Below are positions 9,873 through 19,633 of a stretch of 64,000 nucleotides of DNA, piece by piece. The position numbers and the translations under genes were made by a program. This DNA is from Pseudomonadota bacterium (GTDB lineage: Bacteria; Pseudomonadota; Gammaproteobacteria; Burkholderiales; Burkholderiaceae_F): assembly GCA_040752195.1 (NCBI GenBank), contig JBFMFC010000003.1:40110-104109 (forward strand), given 5' to 3'. Positions within the stretch are counted from its first letter, which is position 1. Every line of letters begins with the position of its first letter. A model generated the notes under the pieces. The model worked only from the letters and a program-made list of their open reading frames with translations. It was not told the origin of the DNA and did no database searches.

Positions 9873-9950
9873 GGCCGGCAGCTTCACACACGCGACCCGG
9901 CGGTGTCAAGGTCGGTCGCGCAACGACAAGATGGCGAAAGGGGGCGCTTC

Positions 9951-10700
9951 ATGGCAGGTCGACTCGCGGGCAAGACCGCACTCGTTACGGCAGCGGGACA
10001 GGGGATGGGGCGCGCCGGCGTGCTCGCCTTCGCGCGCGAAGGCGCGCGCGTGATCGCGACCGACGTCAAGCCCGACCTGCTGCAGTCGCTGCGCGATGCG
10101 GCGGCAACGATGCCGGTGTCGACGCGCGTGCTCGACGTGCTCGACGACCGCGCGGTGCAGGCCTGCGTCGACGAAGTCGGAGCGGTCGACATTCTGTTCA
10201 ACTGCGCCGGCTACGTGCACCAGGGAACGATCCTCGACTGCCGCGTCGAGGACTGGGACTACAGCTTCGATCTGAACGTGCGCAGCATGTTCGTGATGAC
10301 CAAGGCGATGCTGCCGAAGATGATCGCGGCCGGCGGCGGCGTCATCCTGAACATGGCCTCGGTGCTCGGCGCGCAGAAAGCCGCGCCGAACCGGCTCGCG
10401 TATTCGGCGAGCAAGGCCGCGGTCGCGGGCTTCACTCGCGCACTCGCGATCGACCACGTCAAGCAGGGGATCCGCGTCAACTGCGTCTGCCCCGGCACCG
10501 TCGACACGCCTTCGCTCGAAGAACGGATCCGCGCCTTCGCCGACCCGGCGCAGGCGCGCCGCGACTTCATCGCGCGCCAGCCGATGGGACGGCTCGCCAC
10601 CGCCGAGGAGATCGCCGAAACCTTCGTCTACCTCGTCTCCGACGAGTCGTCGTTCATGACCGGACAGGCGATCTTCGTCGACGGCGGGATGAGTCTGTAG
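9951..10700 (+). CDS. SDR oxidoreductase, 2-keto-3-deoxy-acid-sugar dehydrogenase / BDH2-like
   Basis: TAAGQGMG, NCAG, YSASK, RVNCVCPGTVDTPSL, ARQPMGRL; start trimmed to ATG 9951. Confidence 0.85.
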   Translation: MAGRLAGKTALVTAAGQGMGRAGVLAFAREGARVIATDVKPDLLQSLRDAAATMPVSTRVLDVLDDRAVQACVDEVGAVDILFNCAGYVHQGTILDCRVEDWDYSFDLNVRSMFVMTKAMLPKMIAAGGGVILNMASVLGAQKAAPNRLAYSASKAAVAGFTRALAIDHVKQGIRVNCVCPGTVDTPSLEERIRAFADPAQARRDFIARQPMGRLATAEEIAETFVYLVSDESSFMTGQAIFVDGGMSL

Positions 10701-10704
10701 CGAA

Positions 10705-10745
10705 CCCTCTCTCCCCTGACCCTCTCCCGGTTTCCAGGGAGAGGG
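10705..10745. repeat. REP-like hairpin
   Basis: CCCTCTCTCCCCTGA-CCCTCTCCC-GGTTTCCA-GGGAGAGGG, perfect 9-bp stem, in the SDR-FAH spacer. Confidence 0.65.
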
Positions 10746-10768
10746 AATTCAACTGCGAGGAATTGCGA

Positions 10769-11617
10769 ATGAAACTGCTCCGCTACGGCCCGAACGGCCA
10801 TGAGAAGCCCGGACTGCTCGACGCCGACGGCAACATCCGTGATCTGTCGGGCATCGTCAGCGACATCGACTCGTGCGTGCTCGCGCCGAAGCGTCTGGCG
10901 CACCTGCGCAAGTTCGATCCGGCCAAGCTGCCGCTGGTCAGGGGCAGGCCGCGGCTCGGCGTGCCCTATGTCGGCATCGGCAAGTTCGTCGCGATCGGGC
11001 TGAACTACTCGGACCACGCCGCCGAAAGCAACATGCCGATCCCGAGCGAGCCGATCGTCTTCAACAAGTGGACGACCTGCATCACGGGGCCGAACGACGG
11101 CATCGTGATCCCGAAGAATTCGCACAAGACCGACTGGGAGGTCGAGCTCGGCGTGGTGATCGGCACGAAAGCGCAATACGTCGACGAGCGCGATGCGCTG
11201 AAGCACGTCGCCGGCTACTGCGTCGTCAACGACGTGTCGGAGCGCAACTTCCAGCTCGAGCGCGGCAGCCAGTGGGACCGCGGCAAGGGCTGCGACACCT
11301 TCGGTCCGATCGGCCCGTACCTGGTCACCTCGGACGAGATCGCCGACCCGCAGAATCTCGACATGTGGCTCGACGTCAACGGCGAGCGCATGCAGACCGG
11401 CAACACGAAGACGATGATCTTCGGCGTCGCATATCTGGTTTCGTATCTGAGCCAGTTCATGACGCTGCTGCCCGGCGACATCATCACGACCGGCACGCCG
11501 CCCGGCGTGGGCATGGCGATGAAGCCACCGCGCTTCCTGCGCCCGGGCGACGAGGTCCGGCTGGGCATCGCCGGGCTCGGCGAGCAGCGGCAGAAGGTCG
11601 CCGCGTACGGGCAATGA
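10769..11617 (+). CDS. fumarylacetoacetate hydrolase family protein
   Basis: MKLLRYG, IGLNY.DH, DWEVELGVVIG, NDVSER, GKGCDTF, GDIITTGTPPGVG. Confidence 0.93.
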   Translation: MKLLRYGPNGHEKPGLLDADGNIRDLSGIVSDIDSCVLAPKRLAHLRKFDPAKLPLVRGRPRLGVPYVGIGKFVAIGLNYSDHAAESNMPIPSEPIVFNKWTTCITGPNDGIVIPKNSHKTDWEVELGVVIGTKAQYVDERDALKHVAGYCVVNDVSERNFQLERGSQWDRGKGCDTFGPIGPYLVTSDEIADPQNLDMWLDVNGERMQTGNTKTMIFGVAYLVSYLSQFMTLLPGDIITTGTPPGVGMAMKPPRFLRPGDEVRLGIAGLGEQRQKVAAYGQ

Positions 11618-11661
11618 CCGCTCGCCGCTTCGAGCCCCTCTTTCGTACAGGCGGGTGAGCG

Positions 11662-12705
11662 ATGCGCGCCGTGGAAAAAGTCGATCACGCATCGCTCGCG
11701 AACTGGGGCGCAGCGTGCCTGCGCGCGGTCGGTTGCGGCGACGAGGACGCACGCACGGTCGCCGATGCGCTCGTGCAGACGAGCCTGTGGGGAATCGACT
11801 CGCACGGCGTCGCGCGGCTGCCGCACTACCTCGCGCGCATCCGCGCCGGCTCGATCGAACCGCGTCCGCGCTACACGGTCACGCGAACCGCGCCGGGCAC
11901 GGCGCAGTTCGACGGCGGCCACGGGCTCGGCATCGCCGCGGCATTCGCCGCGATGGCGCTGGCGCAGACGCTCGCGCGCGAGGCGGGCGTCGGCGCGGTC
12001 GGTCTGTGCGAATCGACGCACTGCGGCGCGATCGGCCTGTACACGCGGCAGGCGGCGCGCGACGGGCTCGTCGGGATCGCGTTCACGCACGCCGATTCGA
12101 TCGTCGCGCCGGCACGCGGCACGCGCAAATTCCTCGGCACCAACCCGATCTCGATCGCTTTCCCGCGCGCCGGCGGCGCGCCGCTGTGCCTGGACATGGC
12201 CACCAGCGCGATCCCGTGGAACCGCGTGATGAACGCGCGCCGCGAAGGCCAGCGGTTGCCCGCCGACGTCGCCCTCGACGAGCACGGGCATCCGACGCAG
12301 GACGCGCATGCGGCCGCCGCGCTCGTTCCGCTCGGCGGCGCATCCTACGGCCACAAGGGCTATGCGCTCGCGCTGATGATCGACCTACTGTGCGGGCCGC
12401 TCAACGGCATGGCTTTCGCCGACCGCATCGCGCCGATGTTCGGCGACCTGACGCAGCGGCGCCGTCTGGGCGGGTTGATGATCGCGCTCGACCCCGCGCG
12501 GTTCGCCGGCGGCGCGACGCTCGCACAGCGCGTGGCCGAGGTGGTCGACGCCATCCGCCGCCAGCCCGGCGACGTGCTCTATCCCGGCGAACCCGAGGAA
12601 CGCGCCGAAGCGCAACGGCGCGGCGAAGGCATTCCGATCGAACCCGGGCTGCGCGCCGAGTTCGACGATTGGGCGCGACGCCTCGGCGTCGCACCGCTGC
12701 GATGA
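11662..12705 (+). CDS. Ldh_2 (type 2 malate/L-lactate dehydrogenase, AllD/YiaK/ComC-like) oxidoreductase
   Basis: GIDSHGVARL, HCGA, GTNPI, LDMATS, GHKGYALA. Confidence 0.9.
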   Translation: MRAVEKVDHASLANWGAACLRAVGCGDEDARTVADALVQTSLWGIDSHGVARLPHYLARIRAGSIEPRPRYTVTRTAPGTAQFDGGHGLGIAAAFAAMALAQTLAREAGVGAVGLCESTHCGAIGLYTRQAARDGLVGIAFTHADSIVAPARGTRKFLGTNPISIAFPRAGGAPLCLDMATSAIPWNRVMNARREGQRLPADVALDEHGHPTQDAHAAAALVPLGGASYGHKGYALALMIDLLCGPLNGMAFADRIAPMFGDLTQRRRLGGLMIALDPARFAGGATLAQRVAEVVDAIRRQPGDVLYPGEPEERAEAQRRGEGIPIEPGLRAEFDDWARRLGVAPLR

Positions 12706-13637
12706 AGCCCGCACTGCTGCTGGTTTCGCCGATCCATGCGCCGACGCAGGCGCGGCTCGAGAGCGATTACCGCGTGATGCGCTGGTACGACGCGCCGGAC
12801 CGCGCGGCGCTGCTCGAACGGGCCGCGCCCGAGGCGCGGGTGGCGGTCACGAGCGGCGGCGCCGGGATGAAGGCCGAACTGATCGATGCGCTGCCCCGGC
12901 TCGAGCTGATTGCCTGCTTCGGCGTGGGCGTGGACGCGATCGACCTGGCCGCCGCCCGCGCACGCGGCATCCGTGTCACCAACACGCCGGACGTGCTGAC
13001 CGACGACGTCGCCGACCTCGCGCTCGGGCTGATCCTCGCGACCGTCCGGCGCATCGTCGCAGCCGACCGCTACGTGCGCGAAGGACGCTGGCTCAAGGGG
13101 CCGATGGCGCTGACCGGCCGCATGAAAGGCACCCGCCTCGGCATCGTCGGCATGGGCCGCATCGGGCAGGCGATCGCCCAGCGCGCGGCGGTCTTCGGCA
13201 TGGACATCGCCTACTTCGGCCCGAATCCGAAGCCCGTGCCGTGGCGTTACGAAGCGGATCTGGTCGCCCTCGCGCGCGAATGCGCGGTGCTGGTCGTCGC
13301 GTGCCCCGGCGGCGAGTCGACTCGCGGGCTGATCGGCCGCGCGGTGCTCGACGCGCTCGGCCCGGCGGGCATCCTGGTCAACATCGCGCGCGGCTCGGTC
13401 GTCGACGAGGACGCGCTCGTGGCCGCGCTCGCGAGCGGACGCCTGGGCGGCGCCGGACTCGACGTGTTCGCCGACGAGCCGCGCGTGCCGGCCGCGCTGC
13501 TCGCGCTCGACAACGTCGTGCTGCAGCCGCATCAGGGCAGCGCCACGCACGCCACGCGCGGCGCGATGGGACAACTCGTCCTCGACAACGTCGAGGCCTT
13601 TTTCGCCGGGCGGCCGCTGCGGACGCCGGTGACCTGA
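12702..13637 (+). CDS. D-isomer-specific 2-hydroxyacid dehydrogenase
   Basis: FGVGVDAID, NTPDVL, GIVGMGRIG, NIARGSVVDE, LDVF..EP, QPHQGS; start ATG 12702 overlaps the previous stop. Confidence 0.92.
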   Translation: MKPALLLVSPIHAPTQARLESDYRVMRWYDAPDRAALLERAAPEARVAVTSGGAGMKAELIDALPRLELIACFGVGVDAIDLAAARARGIRVTNTPDVLTDDVADLALGLILATVRRIVAADRYVREGRWLKGPMALTGRMKGTRLGIVGMGRIGQAIAQRAAVFGMDIAYFGPNPKPVPWRYEADLVALARECAVLVVACPGGESTRGLIGRAVLDALGPAGILVNIARGSVVDEDALVAALASGRLGGAGLDVFADEPRVPAALLALDNVVLQPHQGSATHATRGAMGQLVLDNVEAFFAGRPLRTPVT

Positions 13638-13653
13638 ACATGGAGGAGGTGCG

Positions 13654-14418
13654 ATGTTCGCCGATCTGAAAGGCAAGGTCGTGCTGATCACGGGTGCCAG
13701 CACCGGTATCGGCGCGGCCGCGGCGCGCGCGTTCGGTCAGGCCGGCGCGCGCGTGGCGGTGCACTACCACGCGAGCGAAGCGCAGGCGCGCCAGGTCGCC
13801 GCCGACATCACCGCCGCGGGCGGCGCCGCGGCGCTTTTCCGCGCCAACGCCATGCAGCGCGACGAGCTGGTCCGGCTGGTCGACGAAGTGCTGCGGCACT
13901 ACGGCCGCATCGACGTGCTGATCAACAACGCCGGCAACGTATTCGGGCGCAAACCCTTCGTCGACTGCGACGAGACCTTCGTCGACGAGATCCTGCAACT
14001 GAACGTGCGTTCGGTCGTCACGCTGTGCCGCGCGATCGTGCCGGTGTTCCGAAAGCAAAGAAGCGGCAACATCATCAACGTCACGTCGATCGCCGCGCGC
14101 AACGGCGGCGGGCCGGGGGTGGCGCTGTACGCGGCGACCAAGGGCTTCGTCAGCACGCTGACGCGCGGGCTCGCCAAGGAACTGGTCGGCGACAACGTCC
14201 GCGTCAACGGCGTGGCACCCGGCGTGATCATCACGCCGCTGCACGACCGGCACACGCCGCCGGCCACGCTCGACGCGCTGCGCGCGACGATCCCGATGGG
14301 GCGGCTGGGCACGCCCGAAGAGTGCGCCGGTGCGTTCCTGTATCTCGCTTCCGACGCGGCGAGCAGCTACGTGACCGGGCAGATCATCGAGGTCAACGGC
14401 GGGCAACTGATGCCCTGA
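13654..14418 (+). CDS. SDR oxidoreductase resembling 4-deoxy-L-erythro-5-hexoseulose uronate (DEH) reductase
   Basis: MFADLKGKVVLITGASTGIG, NNAG..GRKP, GGGPG..LYAATK, IPMGR, YVTGQIIEVNGGQ. SDR call firm; DEH-like call from recalled sequence similarity only. Confidence 0.85.
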   Translation: MFADLKGKVVLITGASTGIGAAAARAFGQAGARVAVHYHASEAQARQVAADITAAGGAAALFRANAMQRDELVRLVDEVLRHYGRIDVLINNAGNVFGRKPFVDCDETFVDEILQLNVRSVVTLCRAIVPVFRKQRSGNIINVTSIAARNGGGPGVALYAATKGFVSTLTRGLAKELVGDNVRVNGVAPGVIITPLHDRHTPPATLDALRATIPMGRLGTPEECAGAFLYLASDAASSYVTGQIIEVNGGQLMP

Positions 14419-14439
14419 CCGCTGCCGCGGCGGTTGCGA

Positions 14440-15192
14440 TCAGCCGCGGCCGACGAACGGCATCTTGGTCGCCATCACGGTCATCGAGAAGACGTTCGCC
14501 TCGAGCGGCAGGCTCGCCATGTGCAGCACGGCATCGGCGACGATCTGCACGTCGATCACCGGTTCGGGCGCAAGCCGGCCGTCGGCCTGCGGCACGCCCT
14601 GCGTCATGCGCGCGGCCATCGGCGTCAGCGCGTTGCCGATGTCGATCTGGCCGACGGCGATGTCGTACTTGCGTCCGTCGAGCGAAGCAGCCTTCGTCAG
14701 CCCGGCGATCGCGTGCTTGCTCGCGGTGTACGGCGCCGAGTTCGGCCGCGGCGCGTGCGCCGAGATCGAGCCGTTGTTGATGATCCGCCCGCCGCGCGGT
14801 GACTGATCCCTCATCACGCGGAACGCCTGCTGCAGGCAGAAGAAGGCGCCGGTCAGGTTCACGTCGATCACCTGCCGCCACTGGCCGACCGACAGATCCT
14901 CGAGCGGAACACCCGGCGCATTGGCGCCCGCGTTGTTGAACAGCAGGTCGACCCGGCCGAAGCGCGCGACCGCCGCGTCGAACAGCGCACGCACCGAGTC
15001 GGACTGGGTCACGTCCGTCGGCACCGCCAACGCGCGCTCGGCGCCCTCGCCGGCGAGCCGGATCGTCTCGTCGAGCGCGGCGGCGCGGCGGCCGGCGAGC
15101 GCGACCCGCCAGCCCGCGCGCAGCAGCGTCAGCGCGACCGCGCGGCCGATGCCGCTGCCGGCGCCGGTGACGATCGCAACGCCGACCGGCAT
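14440..15192 (-). CDS. SDR oxidoreductase
   Basis: [38 protein letters not shown]. Confidence 0.9.
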   Translation of the reverse strand: MPVGVAIVTGAGSGIGRAVALTLLRAGWRVALAGRRAAALDETIRLAGEGAERALAVPTDVTQSDSVRALFDAAVARFGRVDLLFNNAGANAPGVPLEDLSVGQWRQVIDVNLTGAFFCLQQAFRVMRDQSPRGGRIINNGSISAHAPRPNSAPYTASKHAIAGLTKAASLDGRKYDIAVGQIDIGNALTPMAARMTQGVPQADGRLAPEPVIDVQIVADAVLHMASLPLEANVFSMTVMATKMPFVGRG

Positions 15193-15201
15193 CGCCGCGC
15201 C

Positions 15202-16089
15202 CTACTCCTTGACCGCCCCGGTCAGCCCGGACACGTAGTACTCGACGAAGAACGAATACAGGATCGCCACCGGCAGCGAACCGAGCAGCGCGCCGGCCAT
15301 CAGCGAACCCCAGTGATAGACGTCGCCCTCGACGAGCTCGGTCACCACGCCGACCGGCACCGTCTTCACCTCGGACGAGGAGATGAACGTCAGCGCGTAG
15401 ATGAACTCGTTCCACGACAGCGTGAACGCGAAGATGCCGGCCGAGATCAGCCCCGGCACCGCGAGCGGAAGCACGATCTTCGTGAGGATCTGCCAGCGCG
15501 ACGCGCCGTCGATCAGCGCGCACTCCTCCAGCTCGAACGGGATCGAGCGGAAGTAGCCCATCAGCAGCCACGTGCAGAAGGGGATCAGGAACGTCGGATA
15601 GGTGAGGATCAGCGCCAGTCGCGTGTCGAACAGCCCCAGCTCGAACACCACTTTGGCGAGCGGGATGAACAGGATCGACGGCGGCACGAGGTAGGCGAGG
15701 AACACGCTGACGCCGACGTAGCGCGACCCGCGAAAACGCAGCCGCTCGATCGCGTACGCGGCGAGCAGGCTGCACACGATCGACAGGAAGGTCGAGACGA
15801 CCGCGACCAGCATCGTGTTCCACAGCCAGTCCGGATAGGCGGTGTCGAACAGCAGCTTCTTGATGTGCGCGAGCGTCGGGTTGGACACCCAGAAGGGATT
15901 GCCCTCGCGCGACAGCAGTTCCTCGTTCGGCTTGAACGTCGTGATGCCCATCCAGTAGAACGGGAACAGCAGCACGAACAGGAACAGCGCGAGCGGTACG
16001 TAGACGGTCACCACGCGCCGCGGCACCGACTCGAGGTAGCGCATGCCCTGCGTGTCGACGACCTGCTCGCTGCTCGCCTGCGCACTCAT
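15202..16089 (-). CDS. carbohydrate ABC transporter permease (MalG-like)
   Basis: EAA motif ELEECALIDGAS, FTLSWNEF. Confidence 0.93.
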   Translation of the reverse strand: MSAQASSEQVVDTQGMRYLESVPRRVVTVYVPLALFLFVLLFPFYWMGITTFKPNEELLSREGNPFWVSNPTLAHIKKLLFDTAYPDWLWNTMLVAVVSTFLSIVCSLLAAYAIERLRFRGSRYVGVSVFLAYLVPPSILFIPLAKVVFELGLFDTRLALILTYPTFLIPFCTWLLMGYFRSIPFELEECALIDGASRWQILTKIVLPLAVPGLISAGIFAFTLSWNEFIYALTFISSSEVKTVPVGVVTELVEGDVYHWGSLMAGALLGSLPVAILYSFFVEYYVSGLTGAVKE

Positions 16090-16093
16090 CGAA

Positions 16094-17014
16094 TCAATCC
16101 TTTCCGCCCTGCTGCCACGCGCGCCGCTGCAGGCCGAAGTACGAGAACAGGATCGCCGCCAGCAGGAACGGCACCATCGCGACCGCGAGCGCGGCGCCCT
16201 CGCCGAGCGCCCCCCCGGGGATCGCGCGCTGGAACGAAAGCGTGGCCATCAGATGCGTGGCGTTCAGCGGCCCGCCGCGCGTCAGCACGTAGATCAACTG
16301 GAAGTCGGTGAACGTGAACAGCACCGAGAACGTCATCACGACCGCGATGATCGGCGTGAGCAGCGGCAGCGTCACGTAGCGAAACTGCTGCCACGGCGTG
16401 GCGCCGTCCAAGCTCGCCGCTTCGTAGTACGACGGCGAGATCGTCTGCAACCCGGCGAGCAGGCAGATCGCGATGAAAGGCACGCCGCGCCAGATGTTGG
16501 CCGCGATGGTCGAAAAGCGCGCGTTCCACGGATCGCCGAGAAAGTCGATGTAGCGGTCGATCAGCCCGAGCTTGGTGAGCGTCCAGCTGATGACCGAGAA
16601 CTGCGCGTCGTAGATCCACCAGAACGCGATCGCGCTCAACGCGGTCGGCACGATGAACGGCAGCAGCACGACCGCGCGGATCAGCGCCTTGAACGGCAGA
16701 TGCTTGTTCAGCAGCAGCGCCAGCCACAGGCCGAGCGCGAACTTGATGACGCTCGCGACGACCGTATAAAAAAGCGTGTTGAACAGCGACAGCCGCGCCA
16801 CCGAATCGCCGAACAGGAAGACGTAGTTCTCCAGCCCGACCCAGTGGCCGCCGCGGCCGACCTTTGTGTCGGTGAAGCCGAGCCATACGCCCAGGCCGAG
16901 CGGATACGTGAGAAAGAACAGCAGCAAGGCGCCGGCCGGCAGGATGAACAGCAGGCCGAGCGCGTTGCGGTTGTTCTGTAAGCGATTCAGGAGCGAGTTC
17001 ACGTGTCTTGCCAC
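16094..17014 (-). CDS. carbohydrate ABC transporter permease (MalF-like)
   Basis: WVGLENY, AGLQTI...YYEAASLDGA, LTRGGP; start uncertain (GTG 17014 or 17002). Confidence 0.92.
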   Translation of the reverse strand: MARHVNSLLNRLQNNRNALGLLFILPAGALLLFFLTYPLGLGVWLGFTDTKVGRGGHWVGLENYVFLFGDSVARLSLFNTLFYTVVASVIKFALGLWLALLLNKHLPFKALIRAVVLLPFIVPTALSAIAFWWIYDAQFSVISWTLTKLGLIDRYIDFLGDPWNARFSTIAANIWRGVPFIAICLLAGLQTISPSYYEAASLDGATPWQQFRYVTLPLLTPIIAVVMTFSVLFTFTDFQLIYVLTRGGPLNATHLMATLSFQRAIPGGALGEGAALAVAMVPFLLAAILFSYFGLQRRAWQQGGKD

Positions 17015-17032
17015 GGATGCTTGGCGGAGCGT

Positions 17033-17126
17033 CCCCTCTGCCCGGAGCGGGGGAGTGGGTCAGGGCGAAGGTCTACGCGCGATGCGAAGACCCCCGCCCC
17101 GCCCTCTCCCCGCGAGCGGCGAGGGG
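17033..17126. repeat. doublet of REP-like hairpins in inverted arrangement
   Basis: CCCCTCTGCCCGGAGCGGGGGAGTGGG...CCCCCGCCCCGCCCTCTCCCCGCGAGCGGCGAGGGG between the SBP and permease genes. Confidence 0.55.
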
Positions 17127-17133
17127 CGTTCGA

Positions 17134-18468
17134 TCACACCTTGTAGTAGCGCTCCGCCCGCTTCTGCGCGCGCTCGGCGGCTTCCTGCGGACTGCGCGCG
17201 CCCGACGCGGCCTCGGCGACCATGTTGACGACGATGAAGTCGGCCGCCGCGCCGGCCGACGCGTAGCCGAGCCGCCCCGCGTAGCCGATCGGCCGCATGA
17301 TCTTCATCGCGTCGCGATACGGCGTGTGCTTCGGATCGACGGTCCAGATCGGATGTTTCTCGTATGCGACCAGCGGCTGCGTCACGTAGCCGATCGCGGC
17401 CTGCATCCACGGGCCGTACTGCTCCTCCTCCATCATGAAGCGGATGAACTCCTTCGCCGCGCGCGGATACTTGGTGTGCTTGAAGATCATCTGGTTGAAG
17501 AACAGATTGAGCTCCGTGGGCACGCCGGCCGGGCCGATCGGCATGTTGGCGTGGTTGATGTCGGCCGCCATCTCCTGCAGCTTCGGATCCTTGGACGTCT
17601 TGGCCGCGTAGTAGATCGAGATGCCGTTGGCGGTGACGCTGCACTGGCCGTCGAGGAACGCCTTGTTGTTGTTCGGGTCGAGCCACGACAGCGTTCCCGG
17701 CACGAAGGTCTGGTACAGCTCGCGCGCGTACTCGAGCGCCTTGATCGTCTGCGGGCTGTTGATCACGACGTTGTTCTTCTCGTCGACGAGCTTCGCGCCG
17801 TGCGCCCAGATCAGCCAGTGCGTCCAGACGTTGCCGTCGCCGGTGGCGTTGCCGAGCGCGAACCCGCCCGGCGTGCCCTTCTCCTTCAGCGCCTTCATCA
17901 GCTTCAGGAAGCCGTCGGTGTCGCGCGGGAACTTGTCGAAGCCGGCCGCCTTGACCTGGCTTTCGCGATAGACGAGCGCGTTGCCCGCGCAGCCGAGCGG
18001 CACGCCGATCCAGTTCTTGCCGTTCGGCCGCAGATACGCCTCGCACACCGGGTACCAGCCGCCGTACTTCTTGCCGAGGTACGTGCACAGGTCGGTGACG
18101 TCGACGAGTTTTTCCGGATACAGGTTCGCGTCGTCGTGCGTCGACAGGATGATGTCGGGACCGGCGCCGGTGTTGGCCGCCACCGCCGCTTTCGGCCGCA
18201 CGTCCTCCCAGCTCTCGTTGTCGACGCGCACCTCGACGCCGTACTTCGCCGAGAACGCCTGTACGTTCTTCATGTACTGGTCGATGTCGCCCTGCACGAA
18301 CCGGCTCCAGCGCAGCACGCGCAGCTTGGCGCCCTTCTCGGGCTGATTGCTCCACTGCGCCTCGGCATCCTTGATCCAGATCATCGGGCCGACGGTCGCC
18401 GCCGCCGCGACGCCCGCCGTGGTCTTCAGGAAATCGCGCCGCTTGCTCGTGCGGATGGATCTGCTCAT
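17134..18468 (-). CDS. carbohydrate ABC transporter substrate-binding protein, Tat-exported
   Basis: KRRDFLK Tat motif; CUT1-type SBP length, located in the ABC operon. Confidence 0.88.
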   Translation of the reverse strand: MSRSIRTSKRRDFLKTTAGVAAAATVGPMIWIKDAEAQWSNQPEKGAKLRVLRWSRFVQGDIDQYMKNVQAFSAKYGVEVRVDNESWEDVRPKAAVAANTGAGPDIILSTHDDANLYPEKLVDVTDLCTYLGKKYGGWYPVCEAYLRPNGKNWIGVPLGCAGNALVYRESQVKAAGFDKFPRDTDGFLKLMKALKEKGTPGGFALGNATGDGNVWTHWLIWAHGAKLVDEKNNVVINSPQTIKALEYARELYQTFVPGTLSWLDPNNNKAFLDGQCSVTANGISIYYAAKTSKDPKLQEMAADINHANMPIGPAGVPTELNLFFNQMIFKHTKYPRAAKEFIRFMMEEEQYGPWMQAAIGYVTQPLVAYEKHPIWTVDPKHTPYRDAMKIMRPIGYAGRLGYASAGAAADFIVVNMVAEAASGARSPQEAAERAQKRAERYYKV

Positions 18469-18504
18469 GTCTCCTCCTTTGGGTGGGTGTGAGCCGTCGG
18501 GGGT

Positions 18505-19578
18505 TCAGGCCGCGAGGCGTTTGCCGCTCGCGGCATCGAAAACGTGGGCGCGCGCCCGGTCGGGCACGAGCACGATGCGGTCGCCGGGACGCACGTTCGT
18601 CCGGTCGCGGATGGTCGCGGTGATTTCCTGGCCGTTGCAACGGCAGTAGATCTGCGTGTCGGCGCCGGTCGGCTCGACGACGACGACCTCGGCCGCGAGC
18701 CCCTCGCCGCCGCCGACCGCCAGGTGCTCGGGCCGGATTCCGTACAGCACCGGATGCCCCTCCGCGGCGGCGACGTCGCCCGCGAGCGGCACGCGCCCGC
18801 CGTCGGCGAACGCGATCGAAACGGCGCCGCCGTTGCGCCGCACGGTGCCGGGCAGCAGGTTCATCGCGGGCGAACCGATGAAGCCCGCGACGAAGGTGTT
18901 GACGGGCCGGTCGTACAGCTCGAGCGGGCCGCCGGTCTGCTCGACGATGCCGTCGCGCATCACGACGATCTTGTCGGCCATCGTCATCGCCTCGATCTGG
19001 TCGTGCGTGACGTAGATCGACGTCGTCTTCAGCCGCTGATGCAGTTCCTTGATCTCGGTGCGCATCTGCACCCGCAGCTTGGCGTCGAGGTTCGACAGCG
19101 GTTCGTCGAACAGGAACACCTGCGGATCGCGCACGATCGCGCGCCCCATCGCGACGCGCTGGCGCTGCCCGCCGGAAAGCTGGCGCGGATAGCGGTCGAG
19201 CAGCTTGCCGAGCCCGAGGATCTCGGCCGCGCGGCCCACCTGCGCGTCGATCTTCGCGCGGTCGGCGCCCGCCAGCCGCAGCGCGAACGACATGTTGTCG
19301 CGCACCGTCATGTGCGGATACAGCGCGTAGTTCTGGAACACCATCGCGATGTCGCGTTCCTTGGGCGGGACGCGGTTGACGACGCGCTCGCCGATGGCGA
19401 TCTCGCCGCCGGAGATCTCCTCCAGCCCGGCGATCATCCGCAGCAGCGTCGTCTTGCCGCAGCCCGACGGCCCGACGAGCACCGCGAACTCGCCGTCGGC
19501 GATGTCGACGTCGACGCCGTGGATCACGGTCGTTGCGCCGAAACGCTTCACGACGCTGCGTATCGCGACCTTGGCCAT
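18505..19578 (-). CDS. carbohydrate ABC transporter ATP-binding protein (MalK/UgpC-like)
   Basis: [26 protein letters not shown]-terminal TOBE region. Confidence 0.95.
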   Translation of the reverse strand: MAKVAIRSVVKRFGATTVIHGVDVDIADGEFAVLVGPSGCGKTTLLRMIAGLEEISGGEIAIGERVVNRVPPKERDIAMVFQNYALYPHMTVRDNMSFALRLAGADRAKIDAQVGRAAEILGLGKLLDRYPRQLSGGQRQRVAMGRAIVRDPQVFLFDEPLSNLDAKLRVQMRTEIKELHQRLKTTSIYVTHDQIEAMTMADKIVVMRDGIVEQTGGPLELYDRPVNTFVAGFIGSPAMNLLPGTVRRNGGAVSIAFADGGRVPLAGDVAAAEGHPVLYGIRPEHLAVGGGEGLAAEVVVVEPTGADTQIYCRCNGQEITATIRDRTNVRPGDRIVLVPDRARAHVFDAASGKRLAA

Positions 19579-19633
19579 GTAGCTCTGTCTCCTCTGCCGG
19601 CGCTGCGCGCGCCGTGTCTGTCGTTGTGCACTT

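Noticed and set aside
10769-12705. FAH + AllD-like pair as a ureidoglycolate (purine) pathway
   Set aside because: Both families include ureidoglycolate enzymes, but there is no allantoinase, allantoicase or uricase nearby and the context is acid-sugar catabolism. Not strictly excluded.
11655-13637. Apparent long fusion ORFs (also 24709-27570, 30391-32163, 53313-55250, 54889-56280, 55692-57572, 60486-61931)
   Set aside because: Only the C-terminal part of each has family motifs. The upstream part is an alternative frame of the preceding gene, and a proper start lies at or near that gene's stop.
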